Source of the DNA: Myxococcaceae bacterium
GTDB lineage: Bacteria; Myxococcota; Myxococcia; Myxococcales; Myxococcaceae
Length of the DNA: 60,897 nucleotides
Reading direction: 5' to 3'
NCBI GenBank assembly: GCA_044223505.1
Contig: JBGALX010000012.1
Location: 218,174-279,070 of the forward strand
Shown here piece after piece: positions 28,628 through 37,131 of this stretch. Each line of letters starts with the position of its first letter. Within the stretch, counting starts at the first letter, position 1. The notes under the pieces were generated by a model. The model saw nothing but the letters and a program-made list of their open reading frames with translations. It did no database searches and had not been told where the DNA came from. The position numbers and the translations under genes are program-made.

Positions 28628-30124
28628 ATGTCGAACACGCTTGAAGAGGAGCTCCACGCCGCGACCGGCATGGAGGGCGTCGCGCGCCGGCTGGTCGAGG
28701 TCGCTTGCGAGCGAACGGGGTCGCGGCACGGCGCGGTGTTTCTGTGGGACGCGAAGCTGAAGGCGCTGACGGTCGACTTCCACGTGGTCGAGGGCGTCAT
28801 CGTGGCGCTGCCCGGGACGGGGGCGGTCTTGCGGCCGCGGCGCGACGGGCGGCCGAGCGGCATCGCGGTGAGCTGCTTCGAGAGCGGGCAGCCGTACGTC
28901 TGCAACGACACCGAGCGCGACCCGAACTACGCGCGCTACTTCCTCGAGGTGGGGTCGGTGCTGGCGGTGCCGATTCCGTACCAGGGCAAGCCGCTGGGCG
29001 TGCTGACGGTGAGCGCGTCGAAGAAGCACGCGTTCGACTCGACGCACGTGGCGGCGCTCGAAGAGGTCGCCGAGGCGAGCGCGAAGTTTCTGCGGCGCGC
29101 GGCGCTCGCGCGCACGGCGAGGGCCGACGGCCGGCCGTTCGTCATCAAGGGGCTGTCGCCGCAGTGGCTCGAGGTCGAGAAGCGGCTCGAGAAGGTGGCG
29201 TCGACCGACGCTCCGGTGCTGGTGACCGGCGAGAGCGGCACCGGCAAGGACCTCGTGTCGCGGGCGATTCACTTCAACAGCCGGCGCGCGGGCAAGCCGT
29301 TCGTGACGGTGAACTGCGCGGCCATCCCCGAGACGCTGCTCGAGAGCGTGCTGTTCGGGCACGTGAAGGGCGCGTTCACCGGCGCGACGTTCAACAAGGT
29401 GGGCGAGTTTCAGAAGGCCCACGAGGGCACGCTGTTCCTCGACGAGCTCGGCGAGCTGCCGCTGATGCTGCAGGCGAAGGTGCTGCGCGCGATCGAGCAG
29501 GGCGAGGTGACTCCGCTCGGGAGCAACGAGGCGCCCGAGCACGTCGACGTGCGGCTCATCTGCGCGACGAACCGCAACCTCGCGCAGATGGCGCACGAGG
29601 GGCGGTTTCGCGAAGACCTCTACTACCGGGTCGGCGTCGTGACCGTCGAGCTGCCGCCGCTGCGCAGCTACAAGGACAACCTCGAGATTCTCTCGCAGGT
29701 GTTCCTGCAGCAGGCGGCGCAGCGGCACGGGCGCAAGGTGTCGCGCATCGCGCGCGAGGCCGTCGACGCGCTGAACGCGTACGACTTTCCCGGGAACGTG
29801 CGCGAGCTGAAGAACGCGCTCGAGCACGCGGTCATCATGTCGGCCGGCGACGAGGTGCGCGCCGAAGACCTGCCTGCCGTGATGCGGGGCGGAGCCGCCG
29901 CCAAGGTCGCTGCGGCGCCGGCTCCCAAGCCGAGCGCTCCGCGGACGCTGGCGCAGCTGCGCGACGAGTGGCTGGCTCCGCACGAGAAGGCGTACGTGCA
30001 GCAGCTGCTCGAGGCGAGCGCCGGCAAGGTCGACGACGCCGCGAAGCGCGCGGGGGTGAACCGCGTGACCTTCTACCGGCTGATGACCAAGCACGGCATC
30101 AAGCTGCGCAAGACGGCGGCCTGA
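28628..30124 (+). CDS. Sigma-54-dependent transcriptional activator with an N-terminal GAF domain (GAF-AAA+-HTH).
   Basis: Motifs GESGTGKD, GAFTGA, and the C-terminal HTH AGVNRVTFYRLM. The N-terminal 160 aa are GAF-like. Confidence 0.85.
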   Translation: MSNTLEEELHAATGMEGVARRLVEVACERTGSRHGAVFLWDAKLKALTVDFHVVEGVIVALPGTGAVLRPRRDGRPSGIAVSCFESGQPYVCNDTERDPNYARYFLEVGSVLAVPIPYQGKPLGVLTVSASKKHAFDSTHVAALEEVAEASAKFLRRAALARTARADGRPFVIKGLSPQWLEVEKRLEKVASTDAPVLVTGESGTGKDLVSRAIHFNSRRAGKPFVTVNCAAIPETLLESVLFGHVKGAFTGATFNKVGEFQKAHEGTLFLDELGELPLMLQAKVLRAIEQGEVTPLGSNEAPEHVDVRLICATNRNLAQMAHEGRFREDLYYRVGVVTVELPPLRSYKDNLEILSQVFLQQAAQRHGRKVSRIAREAVDALNAYDFPGNVRELKNALEHAVIMSAGDEVRAEDLPAVMRGGAAAKVAAAPAPKPSAPRTLAQLRDEWLAPHEKAYVQQLLEASAGKVDDAAKRAGVNRVTFYRLMTKHGIKLRKTAA

Positions 30125-30207
30125 CCTCGGCGGTCGGTTGCGGGCACCGTCCGGCGAATCAGCGCGTCACGTAGAAGTAGACGAGGCACATCTCGTCGCT
30201 CGTCTTC

Positions 30208-30453
30208 TCACCCCACGTCACGCGTCAGCGTCGCTCCGGCCATCGCGCCCGCGTTGCGCTGCGCCTGCTCGTAGGTGTCGAGCGCGAACGGAGCGATGCC
30301 GCCCTCCGTGTGGCAGCCCTGGCAGCTCCTCGCGACCAGCGGCTGCACGTCTTGCCGGTACGTCATGCCGGCGGCGGTCGGCGCTCCTTCGGTCGGAGCG
30401 TTCTCCGTCGGAAAACAGGCGGCGAAGACGAAGATGAGGTTGGCGTGTCGCAT
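30208..30453 (-). CDS. Small secreted protein (81 aa) with a single CxxCH haem-binding motif (PSCyt1-like N-terminal cytochrome-c motif).
   Basis: ATG at 30451-30453. MRHANLIFVFAACFPTENA is a signal peptide, followed by QDVQPLVARSCQGCH. Only the C-terminal 81 codons of track ORF 30208..31167 are protein-like. Confidence 0.45.
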   Translation of the reverse strand: MRHANLIFVFAACFPTENAPTEGAPTAAGMTYRQDVQPLVARSCQGCHTEGGIAPFALDTYEQAQRNAGAMAGATLTRDVG

Positions 30454-30550
30454 GCGGCGCCGTGGAGCAAGCGGTACGCCTCGCGGGGAGCGAAGCTGAT
30501 CCGCGCGCTTGGCTCGGAGGTCGCTACGGCGGTAGCGCGACCGGGGTCGT

Positions 30551-32608
30551 TTGTCCCCCGAGTCTGGTTCGTGCATACGGTCCCGGCGCGTGCTCCGTCT
30601 CCTCGTCGTTGCTGCGCTGTTCTTCGCCGGGTGCCGGGCGAACCCGCTCGTCGAAGCGAAGACCGTGCTGTCGGTGAAGCCTTCGAGCCTCGCGTTCCCC
30701 GACACCGCCATGGGCACCAGCGCCGCCCTCGAGGTCGAGCTGACGAATACGGGCACCGTCGACCGCCAGGTGACCGCGACCGCGGGCGAGCCGTTCTCGG
30801 TGACCGCGTCGCTCATCGACCTGCCGGCGAGCTCCAGCGCTCCGCTGCTGATCCGCTTCAGCCCCGCCGCGGCCGGCCCCTTCGACGGAGCGCTGCGGCT
30901 CGAGAGCGAGGGCGAGGTGCTCGAGGTGCAGCTCACCGGGCTCGGCGTCGCGCCCCTCGTCTGCCCCGCGCCGAAGGCGCAGTGCCGCGTGAGCACCGTC
31001 GGCTCGTCGGGCTGCGCCGAGGTGAACGCCCCCGATGGCACCGCGTGCCAGAGTCGGTGCCTCGAGCAGGCGAGCTGCGTCTCGGGGGTCTGCGTCGGGG
31101 TCGCGCGCGGCTGCGACGACGGCGACCGCTGCACCGTCGACGCCTGCGACCCCGCGCTCGGCTGCACGCATACGGCGCTCAGCTGCGCCGACCCGGCCGA
31201 CCCCTGTCACGTCGGTCAGTGCGACGCCGTGAGCGGCTGCGTCGCGAGCCCCGCGCCCGACGGCACGCCCTGCGGCCCGAACGACTGCACGTCGGCGAAG
31301 GTCTGCATCTCGGGAGCGTGCCTGGCGCGCCAGCCTCCCGAGGGCTCGCGCTGCGGAGAGCCCACGCCGTGCCAGCCGGCTCCCGTCTGCCAGGCGGGGC
31401 AGTGCGTCGCGGGGCCGGTGACGCCGCTGCAGCCGGCGTGGACGGTGAGCGTCGCGGGCACGTCGACGCTCATCTTCCCGGGCGTGTTCGACGCCTCGGG
31501 CAACGTGTACTGGGTCGAGCAGGGCGCAGCGACGACCGACCTCGTCAGCGTCGACCGCGGCGGCGCGCAGCGGTTTCGCGTGACGATGGCGGGGCAGCTG
31601 GCGCGCTTCTTCGGCTACCCCGTCGAAGACCCGTCGGTGCTGCTCGTGTCGGAAGACCGCATTCTCGTCGTGATGCAGGACTCGGCGAACGCGGCCGACA
31701 CGCGGCGCGCCGAGGTGCGGTCGACGCTCGACGGCTCGCTGTCGTGGAGGGCAGGGCGCGCAGAGCTCGCTCCCGCGGTGGCGCTCGCGGCGGGCCTCCC
31801 GCTGTGGATCGTGTCGGTCGCGGCGGTGCCGTCCTCCGAGCGCGTCGTGCTGAACCTGCGCACGAACGCCGGCGGCTCGGCCTGGTCGTCGTGGATCGCC
31901 TCGCTCGACGGCGCGACCGGCGCGGTGCAGTGGACCTGGCGCAGCACGTACCTGAGCGCGACCCTCGTCGACGAGCAGGGCACGGTGTTCACCTACGAGG
32001 ACCTCTTCGTGCACAGCCTCTCGGCGCTGTCGCCCACGGGCCTCGAGCGCTGGCGGGTCTCGCAGACGAACTGGTCGGCGATTCCCTCGGCGACGCACCA
32101 GGGCGACCTCTACACGGCGTACCCCTCGCGCGTGTTCTCTGCCGGCGACGGCGGGGTCTTGAGCGAGCCGACGTTCTACTGGGGCCGAGACCCGCTCGTG
32201 GGCTTCGGGCACCTCGTGTCCGACGACGGCAACAGCCTCTGCGCGCGCGCGATGTTCTCGGTGAGCCTCGGGAGCCCGGCGCAGATCGCCGGCACGTGGG
32301 TCGCATCGCCCGCAGCCTGCGTGCACGACCCGATGCTGACGTCGCGCGCGACCGTGGTGGTCTCGAGCACCGGCATGAACGGCACTCCGCCCGGCCGGCT
32401 GTACGAGCTCTCGCTCGACGGGGGCCAGCTCTTCTCGTGCCCGCTGCCCACGGCGCCCGGCGACCACGCCGCGCTCATCGACGACGGCTATGTGACGGGC
32501 AGCGGCACGAGCGTCTCGATGTACCCGCTGCCGGGCGCGAAGCTCGCACCGCACGGCTGGGTCGCTCAGAGCGGAGGCCGCGCGCGCTCGAGGTCGCCGC
32601 AGCCGTGA
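30551..32608 (+). CDS. Large Cys-rich lipoprotein (685 aa).
   Basis: RVLRLLVVAALFFAGC has lipobox FAGC. A central region of repeated Cys modules (CxDGDRCTVDACDP..., CxxGxC), then a Ser/Thr/Trp-rich C-terminal half. Confidence 0.7.
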   Translation: MSPESGSCIRSRRVLRLLVVAALFFAGCRANPLVEAKTVLSVKPSSLAFPDTAMGTSAALEVELTNTGTVDRQVTATAGEPFSVTASLIDLPASSSAPLLIRFSPAAAGPFDGALRLESEGEVLEVQLTGLGVAPLVCPAPKAQCRVSTVGSSGCAEVNAPDGTACQSRCLEQASCVSGVCVGVARGCDDGDRCTVDACDPALGCTHTALSCADPADPCHVGQCDAVSGCVASPAPDGTPCGPNDCTSAKVCISGACLARQPPEGSRCGEPTPCQPAPVCQAGQCVAGPVTPLQPAWTVSVAGTSTLIFPGVFDASGNVYWVEQGAATTDLVSVDRGGAQRFRVTMAGQLARFFGYPVEDPSVLLVSEDRILVVMQDSANAADTRRAEVRSTLDGSLSWRAGRAELAPAVALAAGLPLWIVSVAAVPSSERVVLNLRTNAGGSAWSSWIASLDGATGAVQWTWRSTYLSATLVDEQGTVFTYEDLFVHSLSALSPTGLERWRVSQTNWSAIPSATHQGDLYTAYPSRVFSAGDGGVLSEPTFYWGRDPLVGFGHLVSDDGNSLCARAMFSVSLGSPAQIAGTWVASPAACVHDPMLTSRATVVVSSTGMNGTPPGRLYELSLDGGQLFSCPLPTAPGDHAALIDDGYVTGSGTSVSMYPLPGAKLAPHGWVAQSGGRARSRSPQP

Positions 32609-32612
32609 GCGC

Positions 32613-33146
32613 TCACTGCTGCGGGCAGTGGTTGGCGCAGTCGTAGTACGTCTGCATGCAGCGCGTGCTGCAGTCGGCGCAGGCGACGAAGCCGGCGTCG
32701 GGGCACAGGTCAGGGCAGCTGCGCCCGGCGCGGAAGCAGTCGTCGCACGCCTTGCCTCCGGTGCACTTGTCGTCGCACGTGGTGCGATCGGCGAAGCAAC
32801 CCTGCTCGCAGCGCTTCTCGGGCACTCGCCTCGACATCCAGCACGTCTCGGCGACGGTAATGAAGGTCCGGTAGCCGCCGTCGGCGCACTGATCGGCCTT
32901 GTCGACCAGACACTGGGCGACGGGCCCCATTCCCTGGATGTTGCAAGCCTGCGCGCAGTACTCGAACAGCAGGTTGTGGTCGGGCAGCTTGTTCGTGGTG
33001 AGGCAGCGCGTCGAGTACGAGTCGAACTCGATGCGGCATTCGTCGATGAGCCGCTTGCAGTTCTCGACGCTGCACCGCGGGTCGTTGCCCGTGCACGAGC
33101 AGCCGGCCGCCCAGAGCAGTGGCACCGCAATCAACGCTGTTCGCAT
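32613..33146 (-). CDS. Cys-rich lipoprotein (177 aa, 30 Cys).
   Basis: Internal ATG at 33146 gives MRTALIAVPLLWAAGCSC (lipobox AAGC). The upstream part of the track ORF is an artefact. Confidence 0.65.
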   Translation of the reverse strand: MRTALIAVPLLWAAGCSCTGNDPRCSVENCKRLIDECRIEFDSYSTRCLTTNKLPDHNLLFEYCAQACNIQGMGPVAQCLVDKADQCADGGYRTFITVAETCWMSRRVPEKRCEQGCFADRTTCDDKCTGGKACDDCFRAGRSCPDLCPDAGFVACADCSTRCMQTYYDCANHCPQQ

Positions 33147-33439
33147 GCGCTCTCCAGAAGTCGCTTCAGGTCGCCGACCGGGGCCTTCTGAAGCTGTATG
33201 AGAATTGCCGGGTGGCCATCGACGTGCGGAGTCGTGAAGCAGTACTTCGGCTCCGTTCGCAGCAGCAGCTCCTCCGCCTCGACCGGCCCGCGCACGCCGA
33301 GCACCACGCCTTTCGGCGCCGAGTCCCTCGGTGCCTCGAAGCCCGACTTGACCAGCGGGCGCTCCCAGGCCGCGAGCTTCATCTCTACGCGCCCCTTGCG
33401 CCGACCCTTCTCGCGCTCGGCCTCGCGGATGCCGTTCAT
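33131..33439 (-). CDS. Small hypothetical protein (about 102 aa).
   Basis: MNGIREAEREKGRRKGRVEMKLAAWERPLVKSGF... has protein-like composition with high GC3. It overlaps the start of the downstream lipoprotein gene by 16 nt. Confidence 0.35.
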   Translation of the reverse strand: MNGIREAEREKGRRKGRVEMKLAAWERPLVKSGFEAPRDSAPKGVVLGVRGPVEAEELLLRTEPKYCFTTPHVDGHPAILIQLQKAPVGDLKRLLESACEQR

Positions 33440-33480
33440 GATGGGCGTGAAGTGGGACCCGTTTGGCCACTTTTTCGAAG

Positions 33481-34266
33481 TCACTTCTTCTTCTTCTCGT
33501 CGAACGGCACCGTCGTGACCTGTGCCGAGCGGATCTCGATCGCGACGGTCTTCGCCTTGCCCTTCTTCGGCTCGAGCTTGAGCTGGTACTTGCCCGGCGC
33601 GAGCGGCATGTTGCGCAGCGGAGTGACGCCGAGCTCCTTGCCGTCTTTGCCGACGGTGCTCACCTTCGTGCCGGGGTCGGCGGTGATGTTGAGGAAGCCG
33701 GACTCGGGCGCCGGAGGCAGCTCTTTCAGCGTGACCTGCAGCGACTTCGCGTCGAGCAGCACGGTGACGACGCGGTCTTCCCAGCTGCACATCAGCGTGA
33801 CGGTGAGCTTCACCTTCGACTTCGGAGTCGCCGGCCCGACGAGCGCGACGAGCTCGGCGCCGTCGGTCTTCACCTCTTCGGTGCCGCCCTCTTCGACCGA
33901 GCGCACCTTGCGGTACTCGATCTTCGGCCCGTTCGCCTTCGCGCCGAGCTTCAGCTCGATGCGCTGCTTCTTCTTGTCCTTCACCGCCCTCGCCTTGCCG
34001 GTGAGCACGGTCGAGACGTCGGCCGGGCACTTGGGCTTCTCGGGCTCGGGCGCGGGCGGCGCGGCGGCGGGCTCCGGTGCCGGTGCGGGTGCCGGCGCGG
34101 TCGGCGCGGCGTTCTTCGGCTTCGGAGGCCCCGGCGGCTCGGGCGGCCCGCCGGTGTAGCCCTCGGGCGGGCGAATCGGCTTGTCGGGCTGCGGCCCGAC
34201 GGGATCGTCACACGACGCCAGCGCGAGCGCGGCTGCCGCGATGCCGAGAACCGAGAGGCGCCCCAT
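33481..34266 (-). CDS. PEGA-domain lipoprotein with a Pro-rich linker and Lys-rich C-terminus (261 aa).
   Basis: MGRLSVLGIAAAALALASCDD has lipobox LASC. A PEPPGPPKPK...APAPAPAPEP linker. PEGA-type motif GVTPLRNMPLAPGKYQLKLEP. Confidence 0.7.
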   Translation of the reverse strand: MGRLSVLGIAAAALALASCDDPVGPQPDKPIRPPEGYTGGPPEPPGPPKPKNAAPTAPAPAPAPEPAAAPPAPEPEKPKCPADVSTVLTGKARAVKDKKKQRIELKLGAKANGPKIEYRKVRSVEEGGTEEVKTDGAELVALVGPATPKSKVKLTVTLMCSWEDRVVTVLLDAKSLQVTLKELPPAPESGFLNITADPGTKVSTVGKDGKELGVTPLRNMPLAPGKYQLKLEPKKGKAKTVAIEIRSAQVTTVPFDEKKKK

Positions 34267-34293
34267 CGGGCCGGAGCGTAGAGCGGTGCACCG

Positions 34294-34779
34294 TCACGCG
34301 CTACGTTTTGCAGGCGCCAGGGCGTCGGCCACGAACCGCTCGATGTGGCTCACGGCGCCGTCGGCCTCGAGGGTCGGGTCGTGCTCGACGAGCCACGCGA
34401 CCGCCTCGTCGACCGAGCGGAAGGCCCGGTGCGGGCTCGACGGCATCATGAGGCTCAGCCCCGCGAAGAACGTGCGCGCCAGCATCGCCTTCACCCCCGA
34501 CGTCGCGATGACGAGCGCCGTGCCGCGCACGTGCGCCTGAAAGCGCTTCATCGCCATGATCGAGGCCTGCCGCAGCTCTTCGCTCGGCACTCCCGTCGAT
34601 TGGCCCGTGAGCACGCCGATGGCCGTGATGCGCCCGTGCTGCGCGATCACCTTCGCCTGCACTTCGTTCACGTGCTCGAGCAGCTGCGGCGTGATGGTGC
34701 CCCGCCACACGCTGATCAACACGTTGCCGTACCGCCCGACCTTGAGGCCAGGCCACTCTCCCAACACCTCGACCATCAC
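34294..34779 (-). CDS. Hypothetical cytoplasmic protein (161 aa), possibly STAS/SpoIIAA-like.
   Basis: MMVEVLGEWPGLKVGRYGNVLISVWRG... The start has GTG then ATG. GGGAGGG lies 5 nt upstream. No firm family assignment. Confidence 0.5.
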   Translation of the reverse strand: MMVEVLGEWPGLKVGRYGNVLISVWRGTITPQLLEHVNEVQAKVIAQHGRITAIGVLTGQSTGVPSEELRQASIMAMKRFQAHVRGTALVIATSGVKAMLARTFFAGLSLMMPSSPHRAFRSVDEAVAWLVEHDPTLEADGAVSHIERFVADALAPAKRSA

Positions 34780-34789
34780 GCCCTCCCGT

Positions 34790-34963
34790 CTTTCTTGGTC
34801 GGGCTGCGCTGCTCGTCAGGACCTCAGACGGTGCTGCTGTCCGAGGTCCACACTCGCGGTCGCGCATCCCTCCCGGCTTTCTTGGTCGGGCTGCGCTGCT
34901 CGTCAGGACCTCAGACGGTGCTGCTGTCCGAGGTCCACACTCGCGGTCGCGCATCCCTCCCGG
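34790..34963. repeat. Perfect 2 x 87-bp tandem duplication in the 5' leader of gene 34294..34779. Each copy contains an SD-like GGGAGGG, an ATG and a 7-bp inverted repeat GGACCTC...GAGGTCC.
   Basis: Copies at 34790-34876 and 34877-34963 are identical. A partial third junction (ccctcccg) precedes copy 1. Confidence 0.9.
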
Positions 34964-34972
34964 TGACTGCGG

Positions 34973-37033
34973 CTACGCCGCCTGAATCAGCCGCAGCGGC
35001 CGGAACTTCGCGTGCCGCCGCTGGCGCACCACATCGATCAGCATCCTCCCTGCCCAGCGATACACGTTGAACTCCTTCACCTGCGAGCGCATCGCGCGCA
35101 TGCGCGCCTTCTGCTCGCTCCGCTTCATCTCGATCGCCGTCCGCATCGCGTCGGCTGCCTCGTCGAGGTCGTACGGGTTCACCACCAGCGCCTCCGTCAG
35201 CTCGCGCGCCGCGCCCGTGAACGACGACAGCACCAGCACCCCCTGCTCGTCGTCACGCGCCGCGACGAACTCCTTCGCGACCAGGTTCATGCCGTCGTGC
35301 AGGCTCGACACGTAGCAGAGGTCTGCCGCCCGGTAGCACTTGAACACCGTCGGCGGCTCGTGGTGCGCGCGCAGCAGCTTCACCGGCGGCACCTTCGCTC
35401 CGGCGAAGCGCTCGTTCACGCGCGCCACCTGCGCCTCGACGCGGTCCTGCAGGTCTTTGTACTGGGGGATGACCGTTCGGCTCGGCGCCGCCAGCTGCAC
35501 GAAGCAGAACTTGCCCACGAGGCTCGGCGTGCGTTCGAGCAGGCGCTCGACGGCGAGCACGCGCTCCTCGAAGCCCTTCGTGTAGTCGAGGCGATCGACG
35601 CCGACGCCCAGCAGCGTGTCTTCGGGCAGCCCGAGCTCGGCGCGCACCTGCTTGCGGCACACGTCGACCGGAGGCGACTGCTGCACCCACCGGTTCGGCC
35701 ACTCGACGCTGATGGGGTAAGGCCGCACGAGCGTCTGCCGCCCGCGGCGCACCACCGCGTTGCTCTCGCGATCGAGCCGGGCCTCGAGGAAGCGGTCGCA
35801 CGCCTCGAGGAAGTTGTTGCAGTGCTGCTGCGTGTGGAAGCCGACGATGCTCGCGCCGAGCGTGCCCTCGAGCAGCTCGTCGCGCCACGGGCAGATGCCG
35901 AAGCGCTCGGCCGACGGCCAGGGAATGTGCCAGAACGCCACCACCGTCGCGCCCGGCAGCCGGTCGGTGATCATCTTCGGCAGCAGCGCGAAGTGGTAGT
36001 CCTGCACCAGCACCACCGGGTCCTTCACCCGCACCTCTTCGAGCAGCGCGTCGGCGAACCGCTCGTTCACCTCGCGGTACTTCTGAAAGTCCTGCGCGCG
36101 GAAGTCGGGGCGCGTGTGCACGAGGTGGCACAGCGGCCAGAGGCCCTCATTCGAGAAGCCGTAGTAGTAGCCGGCCTCTTCTTCGGGAGTCAGCCACACG
36201 CGGCGCAAGAGATAGGCGTCTTCGCCCGGAGGCACGCGCAGACGGCCTCGCGCGTCTGCGGTCTCGCGGTCGGCCGAGCCCGACGCCTGCGCGATCCACG
36301 TGCCGCCGCACGCGCGCATCACCGGCTCGAGCGCCGTGACGACGCCGCTCGCCGGGTGCAGCACCTTGATCTCGCCGTTCTGGCTCGAGCGCGTGTGAAT
36401 GTACGGCTCGCGGTTCGACACGACCGTCACGCTGCTGCCCTTGAGCTGCGCGCCGACGAGCTGCCGCAGGCGGCCCTCCGTCCACTGGCCGTCGAGGGCG
36501 AGCTCCTCGCGCTCGGCGCGCAGATCGTCGAGCAGCCTTCTCTCGGTGAGGCGCTCGATGACGAGCGTCGCGCCGGCGATCAAGAGCGCGCCCAGGCCGA
36601 ACAGCACCCACAGCCAGCGGCCGACCGCGGCACGGCGGGCCTCGATGGCGCTCGTCTCGCGCACCAGCACCAGCGTGGCGTCAGAGACGTCGACGGTGAC
36701 CGCCTCTTTCGGCAGCGCGTCGGTCGCGCAGTTGAACACCTCGGGCAGGTCGCCCGCGGCGGCGCGCAGCGTGCCGTCGTGCCCGCAGATGGCGGCCGCG
36801 AGGATGTTCTCTTTCCGCGCGAGCTCGGTGAGCGACTCCTGCAGCTCAGCGGTGCTGACGGCGTTCGCGATCGTCGGGGCGAACGCACGGCCGCGCGCCC
36901 GGAGGTCGTCTCCGTCCCACGCCCAGAGGCGCCCGGCGAGCACCTGGCTCGCGACGAACGTCAGCGCGAACGACACGAGAACGATGACGAGCGGAGCGGC
37001 CAGCGCACGTCTCAACGTGGGCGAGATCTGCAC
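34973..37033 (-). CDS. otsA: Trehalose-6-phosphate synthase (GT20, OtsA-like) with an about 200-aa N-terminal extension containing two TM helices flanking a periplasmic-like domain.
   Basis: The C-terminal 480 aa carry GT20 hallmarks (FWHIPWP, LWPLCH, VQDYHF, GVDRLDYTKG, YYRAADLCYVSSLHDGMNL). N-terminus MQISPTLRRALAAPLVIVLVSFALTFVA plus a second helix WLWVLFGLGALLIAGATLVI. Confidence 0.8.
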   Translation of the reverse strand: MQISPTLRRALAAPLVIVLVSFALTFVASQVLAGRLWAWDGDDLRARGRAFAPTIANAVSTAELQESLTELARKENILAAAICGHDGTLRAAAGDLPEVFNCATDALPKEAVTVDVSDATLVLVRETSAIEARRAAVGRWLWVLFGLGALLIAGATLVIERLTERRLLDDLRAEREELALDGQWTEGRLRQLVGAQLKGSSVTVVSNREPYIHTRSSQNGEIKVLHPASGVVTALEPVMRACGGTWIAQASGSADRETADARGRLRVPPGEDAYLLRRVWLTPEEEAGYYYGFSNEGLWPLCHLVHTRPDFRAQDFQKYREVNERFADALLEEVRVKDPVVLVQDYHFALLPKMITDRLPGATVVAFWHIPWPSAERFGICPWRDELLEGTLGASIVGFHTQQHCNNFLEACDRFLEARLDRESNAVVRRGRQTLVRPYPISVEWPNRWVQQSPPVDVCRKQVRAELGLPEDTLLGVGVDRLDYTKGFEERVLAVERLLERTPSLVGKFCFVQLAAPSRTVIPQYKDLQDRVEAQVARVNERFAGAKVPPVKLLRAHHEPPTVFKCYRAADLCYVSSLHDGMNLVAKEFVAARDDEQGVLVLSSFTGAARELTEALVVNPYDLDEAADAMRTAIEMKRSEQKARMRAMRSQVKEFNVYRWAGRMLIDVVRQRRHAKFRPLRLIQAA

Positions 37034-37131
37034 GGGCGATGCGATAACGACGTCACATTTTCGCGTGCAGCGGCGTTACCGGGCCGACACCCTTCCCGTG
37101 GTAGCCTGCGTGTCGCGTCGGGGCCGGTGAA

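Noticed and set aside
34301-34954. ORF 34301..34954 (-) reading through both 87-bp repeat copies (MRDRECGPRTAAPSEVLTSSAARPRKPGG x2)
   Set aside because: It continues out of frame through the well-supported 161-aa gene and is Arg-rich beyond the repeats. The repeat is reported as a DNA-level duplication rather than a protein-coding gene, although leader-peptide translation of one unit cannot be excluded.
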